Of a DNA stretch of 37,363 nt, positions 1-8,321 are shown one piece after another. Each line of letters starts with the position of its first letter. Within the stretch, counting starts at the first letter, position 1. Under the pieces are notes generated by a model, which saw only the letters and a program-made list of their open reading frames with translations, had not been told where the DNA came from and did not search any database. The stretch covers positions 1-37,363 of the forward strand of contig JACQEQ010000301.1 in the NCBI GenBank assembly GCA_016200445.1, in the 5' to 3' direction. Origin of the DNA: Gammaproteobacteria bacterium. GTDB lineage: Bacteria > Pseudomonadota > Gammaproteobacteria > SG8-11. Both the position numbers and the translations under genes were made by a program.

Positions 1-1
1 A

Positions 2-484
2 CGCGGGGTAAAGCAGGACGATGCGGCCGCGCTCAAATGGTACCGCAAGGCGGCAGAACAAGGTCATGCCCGCGCACAATTGAACCTGGGGCGCATGTAT
101 GAAAACGGCAACGGTGTTGTCAAGAACGAGCGTGATGCTTTGCAGTGGTATCAGAAGGCGGCGGATCAAGGCGACGCCGACGCTAAAGCCAATGCGGAGC
201 GCTTGAAACAAGTGGTGCAGCAACAGGCGCAAGCGGAAGCGAAACGGCAATTAACCGCCGTAAAGATTATCGAAGAGTTAAAAGCCACCGAACACGCGGG
301 ACACGAATTCCGCAAGACACTGGCAGTCGGCGACGACACCCACTGCGGCCTGGTGATTGAAGTCAAGACCCCCATCGCCAGGATTCAAACCACGATCGGC
401 GAACTCTGGATGAAGATCGCACAGCTTTATCCAGCGCATACGCTCCCGTGCCGTTTTATCGATCGTGTGTACCAAGAACCATAA
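2..484 (+). CDS. Sel1-type repeat protein, 5' end outside the window
   Basis: The frame is open from the window edge. Sel1-like repeats are visible (AALKWYRKAAEQGHARAQLNLGRMYENGNGV, then ALQWYQKAADQGDADAKAN). The listed ORF 80..484 is only the TTG-initiated tail. Confidence 0.8.
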   Translation, partial: RGVKQDDAAALKWYRKAAEQGHARAQLNLGRMYENGNGVVKNERDALQWYQKAADQGDADAKANAERLKQVVQQQAQAEAKRQLTAVKIIEELKATEHAGHEFRKTLAVGDDTHCGLVIEVKTPIARIQTTIGELWMKIAQLYPAHTLPCRFIDRVYQEP

Positions 485-502
485 GCCTGTGCACTACACT
501 GA

Positions 503-700
503 TTGGATGGGTTAGCGAAGTAATCGGCCCGCTACCGCAAATTGCGCCGAAGAAACATGTTGATGGACGGTGTTTATTGACAGGAGCGGGGGCGTCCCGC
601 CCGCAGTTTGCGGCCGGGACGGCCGCGCTCCCATTACGCCGCGCCTCCGCAAATCGTGCCGAAGAAACGCATTGATTAATCAAGCGCTTCGGTGGTGTTT
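503..700. repeat. Structured intergenic repeat cluster
   Basis: A 22-nt direct repeat, ccgcaaatNgNgccgaagaaac, occurs at 535-556 and 647-668 with 2 mismatches. Between the copies lie GC-rich hairpins (ggcgtcccg...cgggacgg and ccgca-gtt-tgcgg). A perfect palindrome ttgattaatcaa follows. The motif ggatgggttagcgaag at 505-520 resembles the arms of the element at 8322. Confidence 0.5.
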
Positions 701-776
701 CTTGAGAGTCGCTCAACACAGTGCTCATCGCAACCCCAAGGCAAAACATGCGAACCGGTTCGTTCGCCACTTCCGT

Positions 777-1495
777 ATGACGCTCTTCTTCACGCTGCTA
801 TTGAGCGTTTACGTCGTCGTGTTCGGCGGTACGCACGTGTATCTGTATCACAAGCTGTACGCGATCTGGCAGCAGCCCGCGTTGTTAATCACGCTGCTCG
901 CGGCACTGGTCATCGCGCCGGTGGTGGTCGGCGTGCTGGCGCATTTCGGCCACGTGCACTGCGTCAAGCTCGTCGCGCAAGTCAGTTATGTGTGGATGGG
1001 ATTCGCTTTTCTGTTTTTTTGCAGTGCGCTGTTGTTCGATATGTATGAACTGCTGCTCGTGCGCGGCAGTGAATATTTCGCCTTCGACGCCGCACGCGGG
1101 TTAATGCCTGCTTCATTGAGCGGCGCGTCACCGACTAGCTCACGCTGGCGGGCGTCGACGATCCCGCCGTGGACGCAGAATACCAACGCAAAGAAACCGC
1201 GCTGCTGCAAAGCCTCGCGCCGGAGCAATTCGTGATCTTGCTCAAACACCAACCGCGCATCAGCGCCGACGCACGCGACCGCGTCGACCTACAACTCTCC
1301 GGCCACATCCATGGCGGACAAATCGCCCCGTTCAATGTGTTCACCTGGCTCTCGTACCACGTCTCGACTGGGCTCACGCCGTTCGGCGAACGCCTGCGTT
1401 TGTACGTGAGTCGTGGCACCGGTGTGTGGGGTCCACCGATCCGATTTTTTGCAGATCCGGAAATCACGTTGATTGAACTGCGAGCGCAGCCGTAA
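777..1495 (+). pseudogene. Membrane-anchored metallophosphoesterase (YkuE-like) remnant with an internal deletion
   Basis: An N-terminal multi-TM segment (MTLFFTLLLSVYVVVFGG...) lies in one frame. The C-terminal catalytic part (LTLAGVDD...LLKHQP...LSGHIHGGQ...VSRGTGVWGPPIRF) lies in another frame. The DxH, GDxxD and GNHD/E motif region is absent. An in-frame TAG sits at 1136-1138. The total is about 240 codons, too short for this architecture. Confidence 0.7.
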
Positions 1496-1693
1496 GTGCA
1501 CGATGATGCGTGGTGGACGGTGCCAGGTGGTAGTGCGACCATACGAGCGCCAAAAAATATTACGCTTACTGTAAGACCACCAAATGCGGTACGGAAAAGT
1601 AGTTGAGGCGGTTCTTGCTCTACATCCTGTTAAGAGGTGCCAAATTATGAATTATACCCATCAAATCGTTATTTCCAGCTAAGGGGGAATGGA

Positions 1694-2359
1694 ATGGCCA
1701 ACACACATCCATATATTTCAGGGGCGGGGAACATCGCGCAGATGGTGGCGCAACTTCGGAAGTCCTTTCCAACTACGATTAGCTCAGAAACGGTAAAAAG
1801 GCTTGGCATCGCGCCGAACAACGAAAGCTACGTTATCAACATCCTCCAGTTCATCGGTGTAGTTGATTCAGAAGGAAGGAAGACGACCGCGGCGGCAAAA
1901 GTGTTCTCTCACCACAAGGATGATGAGTTTGCAAAGGAGTTTTCGTCGTTGGTGGAGAAGGCGTACTCGTCTTTATTCGAATTACACGGCAGCAGCGCGT
2001 GGCAACTCGACAATGACGAGTTAATTACCTTCTTCCGTCAAAGCGACCAAACCAGCGCGACGATTGGAGGCCGACAGGCCAGCACGTTCAAGATTCTTGC
2101 GGGGCTTTCTGGTCACGGAGACAACCCGGAGCCGAAGCCAAGAAAGGCCGTAAAATCTGCCAAACCAACGAAGTCAGCAAAAACGCTACCAAACAACAAT
2201 GAGGAGAAGGATCAAGAACAACGCGGTAAACAAAAGAAAGAAGAAAAGGGGGCATTCGGCTTAACCGTTCGGGTTGAAATTAATTTGCCCGCTGATGGTA
2301 CTAAAGAGACATATGACAACATCTTTAAAAGCATCAAGGAAAACCTTTTAGGTGGCTAA
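1694..2359 (+). CDS. DUF5343-like protein (family recalled from memory) with a Lys/Glu-rich linker
   Basis: ATG at 1694 is preceded by aagggggaa (1681-1689). The N-terminal segment is HPYISGAGNIAQMVAQLRKSFP...RLGIAPNNESYVINILQFIGVVD. The stop overlaps the next gene by 8 nt. The stretch is AT-richer than its surroundings by eye. Confidence 0.6.
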   Translation: MANTHPYISGAGNIAQMVAQLRKSFPTTISSETVKRLGIAPNNESYVINILQFIGVVDSEGRKTTAAAKVFSHHKDDEFAKEFSSLVEKAYSSLFELHGSSAWQLDNDELITFFRQSDQTSATIGGRQASTFKILAGLSGHGDNPEPKPRKAVKSAKPTKSAKTLPNNNEEKDQEQRGKQKKEEKGAFGLTVRVEINLPADGTKETYDNIFKSIKENLLGG

Positions 2360-2825
2360 CCCGTTCGAACAGTTCGAGCACACCGTAAGGCGCGCTCGAT
2401 CAGTGACTGAAGCGCGATCAGAACCTGCTGGCGGGTCGCACCCGTTCGACGAACGAAATATTCATCCGAGAATTCACGCCACGTCAAAAGTGCTCTTTGA
2501 TGATGGCCACTATGCATTGGCAACATTTGAGGCATACAAGCTAATCGATAAAGAAGTGGCTGCATTGGCTAAGGTCAGCGATTCTGGCGTTAAGTTGATG
2601 ATGAAAGCATTCAATGAACAGTCGCCGCTTATTCGACTGACTGACCTAACATCAACAAGCGAGAGAGACGAACAAGAGGGCTACAAGTTCATTTTCTCCG
2701 GATCGATAATGGCAATTAGAAATCCGAGAGGACACGAGTACGGGGTCAAGGATTCGCCGACAGAATGCTTGGATCACCTGAGTCTCGCATCCATGTTATT
2801 AAGGCGGTTAGAGCGAGTGAAATAG
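2352..2825 (+). CDS. TIGR02391 (Hypoth_Ymh)-like protein with an Rx4H motif as in HEPN RNases
   Basis: A GTG start overlaps the upstream stop (GTGGCTAA). Segments seen are FDDGHYALATFEAYKLIDKEV and FSGSIMAIRNPRGHEYG (R-N-P-R-G-H, i.e. Rx4H). Confidence 0.6.
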   Translation: MANPFEQFEHTVRRARSVTEARSEPAGGSHPFDERNIHPRIHATSKVLFDDGHYALATFEAYKLIDKEVAALAKVSDSGVKLMMKAFNEQSPLIRLTDLTSTSERDEQEGYKFIFSGSIMAIRNPRGHEYGVKDSPTECLDHLSLASMLLRRLERVK

Positions 2826-2884
2826 GTATCCATATTCCTTTTGAGCAGCTGTCGGGGTCAGACACGATTTTATTCAGCATTTAA

Positions 2885-3097
2885 TTGACATCCGGCAATG
2901 TGGAGCAATTAGGAGCAATTAGGGTCAGACACCAATTGATGAGACCACTCGACAGGCGAGCACAGATACATCACGTTTGCGGTGTCCGAGGTGGGCGCCT
3001 TTTAGTCGTTTCACACACCGACGCCGGAAACACCGTCAGAATCATCAGCGCTCGCATCGCGAGCAGAGGAGAGCGGAAAATATATGAAGAAGGTTAA
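2885..3097 (+). pseudogene. brnT: BrnT (DUF497) type II toxin remnant, N-terminally truncated
   Basis: Only the C-terminal signature is present: GGRLLVVSHTDAGNTVRIISARIASRGERKIYEEG. The usual N-terminal third (FEWD...KHGVSFEEA-type) is absent. The only start is a TTG with no obvious RBS. Confidence 0.6.
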
Positions 3098-3341
3098 ACG
3101 CACACGGAAAGACGAGCTTCGAGCCGAGTACACGTTGTCCGACTTTCCCACGCCGATGGTGCGTGGCAAGTACGCCAAGCGGCTAAAGGAGTCGTCGAAC
3201 ATTGTTGTGCTTAAACCTGAAGTCGCCAAGATTTTTCCAAACGATGAAGCGGTAAATAATGCCCTGCTGTCGTTAATAGAACTGGCTAAAACCATGACGC
3301 GCCCGACAAAGCGCGCACGCGCGAAGACGCGCGCCGCCTAG
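3084..3341 (+). CDS. Putative antitoxin partnered with the BrnT/DUF497 remnant
   Basis: The ATG overlaps the brnT remnant by 14 nt. The pattern DELRAEYTLSDF...VRGKYAKRL...VVLKPEVAKIFPNDEAVNNALLSLIE is typical of small antitoxins encoded downstream of DUF497 toxins. Confidence 0.55.
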   Translation: MKKVKRTRKDELRAEYTLSDFPTPMVRGKYAKRLKESSNIVVLKPEVAKIFPNDEAVNNALLSLIELAKTMTRPTKRARAKTRAA

Positions 3342-3505
3342 GCTATTTGGGTTGCTATCGGGCCGGACTCGATAACCTGTCTCGCCCGGAAAAATCGAAC
3401 TACTCGCTCTGAACCCGGCACGATATCCCTTCTGATTCACCGGCGCTATGAGCACGTGAATTTCGTGCCGACTCGTCGCGCAACAAGCACAAGGAGAATA
3501 AGCGC

Positions 3506-4039
3506 ATGAACTTCTGCCCCGAATGCGCAAGCGCGCTGCAACTCAAACGCGTTGATGGCGTTGATGGCGTTGACGGCGTTGAACGCAAAGCCTGCGTCGC
3601 GCCGGGATGTGGTTTCGTGCACTGGGATAATCCGGTACCGGTCGTCGCCGCGTTGATTGAGTATCAAGGCAAGATCGTGCTGGCCAGAAACGCGCACTGG
3701 CCGGAGGGTATGTTCTCGCTGGTGACGGGTTATCTGGAACGCAACGAGACTGCAAAACACGCCGTGCTGCGGGAAGTGAAAGAAGAGCTCGGTCTTGACG
3801 GCACGGTGCGGGACTTCCTCGGCTGTTATTCGTTCTTCGAAAAAAATCAGATCCTCCTGGCCCATTGGGTCGTGGCCACGGGTGAGATCACCATCGGAAG
3901 CGAAATTGCCGAGGTCAGACTAGTGTCGCGTGACGAATTGAAACGTTGGCCGTTTGGACCACTTGCGATAACGTCGGCGCTTGTGAAGCATTGGTTGGAG
4001 ACCGCATGCGGTGAAGCAGGCGCGCTCAAAAATCCTTGA
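3506..4039 (+). CDS. NUDIX hydrolase with an N-terminal zinc ribbon
   Basis: Nudix box GYLERNETAKHAVLREVKEELGL fits GX5EX7REUXEEXGU. The N-terminus has CPEC...C..GC. RBS aaggag lies upstream of the ATG. Confidence 0.85.
   Translation: MNFCPECASALQLKRVDGVDGVDGVERKACVAPGCGFVHWDNPVPVVAALIEYQGKIVLARNAHWPEGMFSLVTGYLERNETAKHAVLREVKEELGLDGTVRDFLGCYSFFEKNQILLAHWVVATGEITIGSEIAEVRLVSRDELKRWPFGPLAITSALVKHWLETACGEAGALKNP
3551..3586 (+). repeat. 9-nt tandem repeat inside the NUDIX zinc ribbon, encoding (VDG)x3
   Basis: gttgatggc gttgatggc gttgacggc gttgaacgc. Confidence 0.9.
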
Positions 4040-4076
4040 GCGCGCCCGCAGCGGCTAACCACTTCACCGTCTCAAT

Positions 4077-4418
4077 TCATAGCGCTCCCTTGCCGCTTTC
4101 AAGCGGCAATCCAGCTTGCTTCCAGCCTTGTTTGCCTTCGGTGTATTCGTACACACGATGGTAGCCGAGTTGCCGTAAAGCTTCGGCCGCCACATGGGAG
4201 TTACGGCATTCGGTGTTGGCGCAATACACGACGACGGGCGCGCTTTTGTCGGGAACCAGGCGGCCAGCCGTCGCGGGTACTGCGTCGTGCGGAATGTTAA
4301 TCGCGCCCGGCAAATGTTCGGCTTGGTAATAGTTGCTGGGCAAGGCTTCGATGACGGAATGTTGGGCGCCTGAGGCGATCAGGGCTTGTAGTTCTTCACG
4401 TGAAATCACTTGGCTCAT
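4077..4418 (-). CDS. Rhodanese-domain sulfurtransferase
   Basis: A single rhodanese fold of 113 aa. The active-site loop is VVYCANTECRNS, preceded by HLPGAINIP. Confidence 0.8.
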   Translation of the reverse strand: MSQVISREELQALIASGAQHSVIEALPSNYYQAEHLPGAINIPHDAVPATAGRLVPDKSAPVVVYCANTECRNSHVAAEALRQLGYHRVYEYTEGKQGWKQAGLPLESGKGAL

Positions 4419-4440
4419 ATGTTTCTCCTCGATTCGTATT

Positions 4441-4496
4441 TAGTTGCAATTGCAACTTGTTATTAAGTTAACAGGAGTTAGTTGCGTTTGCAACTA
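4441..4496. promoter_or_regulatory. Two palindromic operator-like sites in the divergent rhodanese/marR intergenic region
   Basis: tAGTTGCAATTGCAACT (4441-4457) contains a perfect 16-bp palindrome. TAGTTGC-gttt-GCAACTA (4479-4496) shares the same half-site. Confidence 0.6.
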
Positions 4497-4508
4497 GTGT
4501 CGTTTAGC

Positions 4509-4976
4509 ATGCCGTTTATGGAAAACGTTCCGTCGAAACAAACTGAAGCTGCGTGGGTGCTGTTGCTGCGCGCGCAACAGGTATTGCTCGCGCGGGTCGA
4601 GGCCGCGCTGAAAGAATCCGGATTGCCGCCGTTGTCGTGGTATGACGTGCTGCTGGAGTTGAGCCGCGACGCCGAGTCGGGCCTCCGCCAATATGAAATC
4701 GGCGAACGGGTGCTGCTCAACAAACACAACCTGTCGCGTTTAATCGACCGGCTGGAAAGCGATGGGCTGGTGAAGCGCGAGGCGTGCGACCTTGACGGGC
4801 GCGGCAACGTCGTGAAAATTTCAAAGAAGGGCCTGCAACTTAAACAGCAGATGTGGCCGGTTTACGCACAAGCGATTCAAGAACTCATCGGCGAACCGCT
4901 GACCGTGACACAGGTGCGGTCTCTTGCTTCGATCATGAATACACTGCTTGAACCACATACCGGCAAGTCAGAATAG
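4509..4976 (+). CDS. MarR family transcriptional regulator
   Basis: Winged-HTH pattern: LSWYDVLLELSR...LRQYEIGERVLLNKHNLSRLIDRLESDGLVKRE...DGRGNVVKISKKG. ATG at 4509 was chosen over the upstream in-frame start. Confidence 0.85.
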   Translation: MPFMENVPSKQTEAAWVLLLRAQQVLLARVEAALKESGLPPLSWYDVLLELSRDAESGLRQYEIGERVLLNKHNLSRLIDRLESDGLVKREACDLDGRGNVVKISKKGLQLKQQMWPVYAQAIQELIGEPLTVTQVRSLASIMNTLLEPHTGKSE

Positions 4977-5013
4977 AATCTACCCGGTGCCAACACTCAC
5001 AGAGTGAACGACG

Positions 5014-5403
5014 ATGCCCATCACCCGAATCGAAGTAAAACGCAGCTGGCCTGACGAGCAACAACAGCAGTTGATCGACGCCACGCACGCCGCGCTGGTC
5101 GAGGCGCTGAAGGTTCCGGAACACGACAAGCTGATACGCTTTGTCGAGCATCGCCCGGAGCACTTCGTCACGCCGCCGGGAACATCGGACAATTACACGC
5201 TGGTGGAGATTTCCCTGTTCCCGGGGAGGTCGTTGGATGCGAAACGCAAATTGTATCAAAGCATCATTAAACGCTTCGGTGAACTCGGCATTGCACCCAA
5301 CGACATCCGTGTGGTGTTGTACGAGTCGCCAATGGACAATTGGGGTATTCGCGGCGGGGTGCCCGCGTCGGAGGTCGAGCTTGGCTTCAAAGTTAATGTG
5401 TAA
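5014..5403 (+). CDS. Tautomerase (4-OT superfamily) protein
   Basis: The N-terminus is Met-Pro (MPITRIEV), i.e. the catalytic Pro1 context. The size (129 aa) and the pattern YESPMDNWGIRGG fit the long tautomerase family. Confidence 0.7.
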   Translation: MPITRIEVKRSWPDEQQQQLIDATHAALVEALKVPEHDKLIRFVEHRPEHFVTPPGTSDNYTLVEISLFPGRSLDAKRKLYQSIIKRFGELGIAPNDIRVVLYESPMDNWGIRGGVPASEVELGFKVNV

Positions 5404-5423
5404 CGACCTGGCGCGTGACGCCC

Positions 5424-5867
5424 ATGCCTGACGTCATTGGTATCGACCACATCTACATTAGCGTTTCGAATCTGGCGCGGGCGGAACAATTCTACGACGT
5501 GGTGATGGCGGTGCTCGGCTTCCGCAAGAATCAATTTCAACTCGACGGCGAGCAACACATTCAATATTACAACCGGCACTTCGGTTATGTGCTGCGACCA
5601 GCGCGTTCTGTGAACGCACACGATCCGTATGCGCCGGGGCTGCATCATTTTTGCTTGCGGGTGGAGAGCGAAGCCGATGTAGCCGCAGCAGCGAAGCTGC
5701 TCACGGAACAAAACATTTCAGTAAGCGAACCCAAGCGCTATCCGGAATATGCACCCGACTATTTCGCGGTGTTCTTGTGCGACCCCGACGGCGTGCGGCT
5801 GGAAATCACCAACTACCGGCAGGAGCGGCGGCAGCGGCACGACGATTGGAATAATATCGCGCCCTGA
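5424..5867 (+). CDS. VOC (glyoxalase/bleomycin-resistance/dioxygenase) family protein
   Basis: IDHIYISVSNLARAEQFYDVVMAVLGF ... GLHHFCLRV ... DPDGVRLEI. Confidence 0.8.
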   Translation: MPDVIGIDHIYISVSNLARAEQFYDVVMAVLGFRKNQFQLDGEQHIQYYNRHFGYVLRPARSVNAHDPYAPGLHHFCLRVESEADVAAAAKLLTEQNISVSEPKRYPEYAPDYFAVFLCDPDGVRLEITNYRQERRQRHDDWNNIAP

Positions 5868-6157
5868 CACTTTCCTGCTGCGTTAACTCTTCCCCTGATT
5901 CCTCTCGCCGTTATCACGGCTAAACGAAATCTTTCTTTGAATCTAGCCGCAGCGCATGTCGGGTGCTGGCGGCGCTATTTATTGCAGGTAATTGTCTGCT
6001 GTTTGAGCGAGCTTGTTCTCATTGCAAAAAATAATTTCGATCACGGGGAATAAACACCCACGTGTAGGCGTTTACCACTTGGTAAGACCGACGAACTATC
6101 AAACGTAGATCATCACACCGGGAGTCACTCGATGTGTAATCACCAAGGAGAGTAACA

Positions 6158-7372
6158 ATGAAAGCAGTTCATCCCTATTTACGCCGTATTCCAACCCGGT
6201 TCATTTCGCTGGCCGTAGTGGGCTTGGCGCTGACCGGCTGTCTGAGTGACAGCAAAGACGATAAGACACCGCCTCCTGATCGGGTGGATGTGCAGACAAC
6301 CCCGACACCCACGCCTATCGCACCCATTTCCCGCGCCGCGATTCTTACTGGCGCGCAAGAACAAGTGCCGGTGGTTACCAACGCGACCGGTTATGCTTCA
6401 GTGGTCGTTGATCCCGCTACACGTGGCATCACCGGCAGCGTCACGTTTACAGGAATGACTGCAACGGTTGCGCACATCCATCCGGGCGTGGCGGGCACGA
6501 GCGGTGCGCCAGTCGTGGCGTTAACTGTCGACAACGCGACCCACAGTGCCACGATCCCCGCTGGGACCGTGCTGACGCAAGCGCAGTACGATGATCTGTT
6601 GGCCGGTAAGTTCTACTTCAATGTGCACAGCTCTACCAACAGCGGCGGTGAAATTCGTGGGCAGATCGGTCGTGTCGTGATGAAGGCAACGTTGACCGGC
6701 GCACAGGAAACGCCGACGGCGGTGACAACCACAGCAACCGGCACCGCGATGGTCGTCGTCGATCCCATAACCCGTGATATCTCAGGTAGTGTTAGCACCA
6801 CCGGCATTGTCGGAACAGCCGCGCATATTCACACCGGTGCTGTTGGAGTGGGTGGTGCCCCCGCAGTGGCGCTGACCGTTGGAACCGACAGTGCAACGGT
6901 GCCAGCAAATACCGTATTGACGCAAACGCAGTACGATAATTTGCTTGCCGGCAAGCTTTACGTAAACGTGCATAGCACGACGAATCCGGGCGGTGAAATC
7001 CGCGGGCAAATCGGGCCGGTTGCGATGGTTGCAACGTTGAGCGGCGCGCAGGAAGTTCCCGCAGTGACAACGACGGCTTCCGGTAAAGCAGTTTTTGCAG
7101 TCGACCCGGTTACGCGTGAGTTGTCGGGTGGCGTCGGCTACACCGGGCTCAGCGCAACTGTGGCCCACATTCACACCGGCGCGGCGGGTGTCAGCGGACC
7201 CCCTGCGGTGACCTTGAGGGTGGATGGCAATACCAGCACTGCCACAGTACCCGCAGGCACCGTTCTGACCCAGGCGCAGTACGATGCTCTGTTGACCGGC
7301 GGGCTTTATGTCAACGTTCATAGTACGACCTTTGGAGCAGGCGAAATTCGCGGGCAGGTGGTCGCCCCTTGA
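6158..7372 (+). CDS. Lipoprotein with three tandem CHRD domains
   Basis: Lipobox LALTGC has its Cys at residue 28. Three units of about 111 aa (residues 61-171, 176-286, 291-401) each contain L(T/S)GAQE, AHIH.G..G and (F/L)Y.NVHS(S/T)....GEIRGQ. Confidence 0.85.
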   Translation: MKAVHPYLRRIPTRFISLAVVGLALTGCLSDSKDDKTPPPDRVDVQTTPTPTPIAPISRAAILTGAQEQVPVVTNATGYASVVVDPATRGITGSVTFTGMTATVAHIHPGVAGTSGAPVVALTVDNATHSATIPAGTVLTQAQYDDLLAGKFYFNVHSSTNSGGEIRGQIGRVVMKATLTGAQETPTAVTTTATGTAMVVVDPITRDISGSVSTTGIVGTAAHIHTGAVGVGGAPAVALTVGTDSATVPANTVLTQTQYDNLLAGKLYVNVHSTTNPGGEIRGQIGPVAMVATLSGAQEVPAVTTTASGKAVFAVDPVTRELSGGVGYTGLSATVAHIHTGAAGVSGPPAVTLRVDGNTSTATVPAGTVLTQAQYDALLTGGLYVNVHSTTFGAGEIRGQVVAP

Positions 7373-7704
7373 TCGTGCAGTTTGCCAACGTTGAATGAGC
7401 AAGACGAACCGGGTGGGCGGATTGAACGTATCGCTCATCCGGCTATTATTTGGAGTGCCATTAGCATTCGACACTAAAATGACCGGCAATTCTATTTAGC
7501 CGGCATTCCAGTAAAGCGGGAAATCCAGGCTTTTGTTGCTGGATGCGCGCCTTCCCAGCCCGCACGGAGTGGATGCTTTTACGTGTCGCGGCAATAGTCA
7601 ACACATGGCGATGAATTGCTAACCCGTTTCGCTTCCGGTGCGCGGGCGTTATGCTCGCGTGGCTTTCAACAATTCGATTGACCACTTTCATAAGGAGCAT
7701 TCCG

Positions 7705-8292
7705 ATGAGTCGTGTCGCACGTTTGCAGGCGCTGGCTTCGGTTGTCTTGGCCGTAACGCTGATAGGTGGGTGTTCGACGCTTCCCGCCACCACAACAACC
7801 GGGAACACCGGGATGCCCGCGCTGATTCTGATCGTGCGCCATGCCGAGAAAGCCGCTGAGCCCAGCGATGATCCGCCGTTGACGGCGGCAGGCGTCGAGC
7901 GTGCGCAAGCGCTTGCCGCCGCGCTGCGCGATGCAGGCGTGAACGCGATTTTCACCACGCAGTTAATCCGCACCCGCGACACCGCGCAACCGTTCGCTGC
8001 CGCGCGCGGGCTGACGCCGGAAGTGATCCCCTCCAAGCGCGGCGAAGCCAAGGCACATGCGGAGGCGGTCGCTGCCGCCGCGCGTAAGCATGCGGGCGAA
8101 ATTGTGCTGATCGTGGACCACAGCAATACCATCCCTGCGGTCATCGCTGCACTGGGCGGGCCTCAAGTGGCCAACATCTGCGAGCCGGTGTACGGCAATC
8201 TTTTTGTGCTGGTGCCGGGCACGGGCGAGACGCGTCTGGTGCGCTCGCATTACGGCGCTGGCGATCCGGAGCCGGGTCAAGACTGTAAGTAG
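7705..8292 (+). CDS. Histidine phosphatase (phosphoglycerate mutase-like) family lipoprotein
   Basis: RBS aaggag at 7692-7697 precedes the ATG at 7705. Lipobox is LIGGC. Motifs seen: LILIVRHAEK, LT..G..RA and IVDHSNTIP. Confidence 0.8.
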   Translation: MSRVARLQALASVVLAVTLIGGCSTLPATTTTGNTGMPALILIVRHAEKAAEPSDDPPLTAAGVERAQALAAALRDAGVNAIFTTQLIRTRDTAQPFAAARGLTPEVIPSKRGEAKAHAEAVAAAARKHAGEIVLIVDHSNTIPAVIAALGGPQVANICEPVYGNLFVLVPGTGETRLVRSHYGAGDPEPGQDCK

Positions 8293-8321
8293 ATGTGACC
8301 CAGCATTCGACTGCAACCAAT

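Noticed and set aside
570-776. N-terminal extension of ORF 570-1235, and ORF 692-1048
   Set aside because: The extension runs through the intergenic repeat and hairpin cluster and is Arg-rich nonsense. The recognisable membrane segment begins at the ATG at 777.
3446-3865. 139-aa ORF antisense to the NUDIX gene
   Set aside because: The + strand ORF has a textbook Nudix box and an RBS. The antisense translation has no features.
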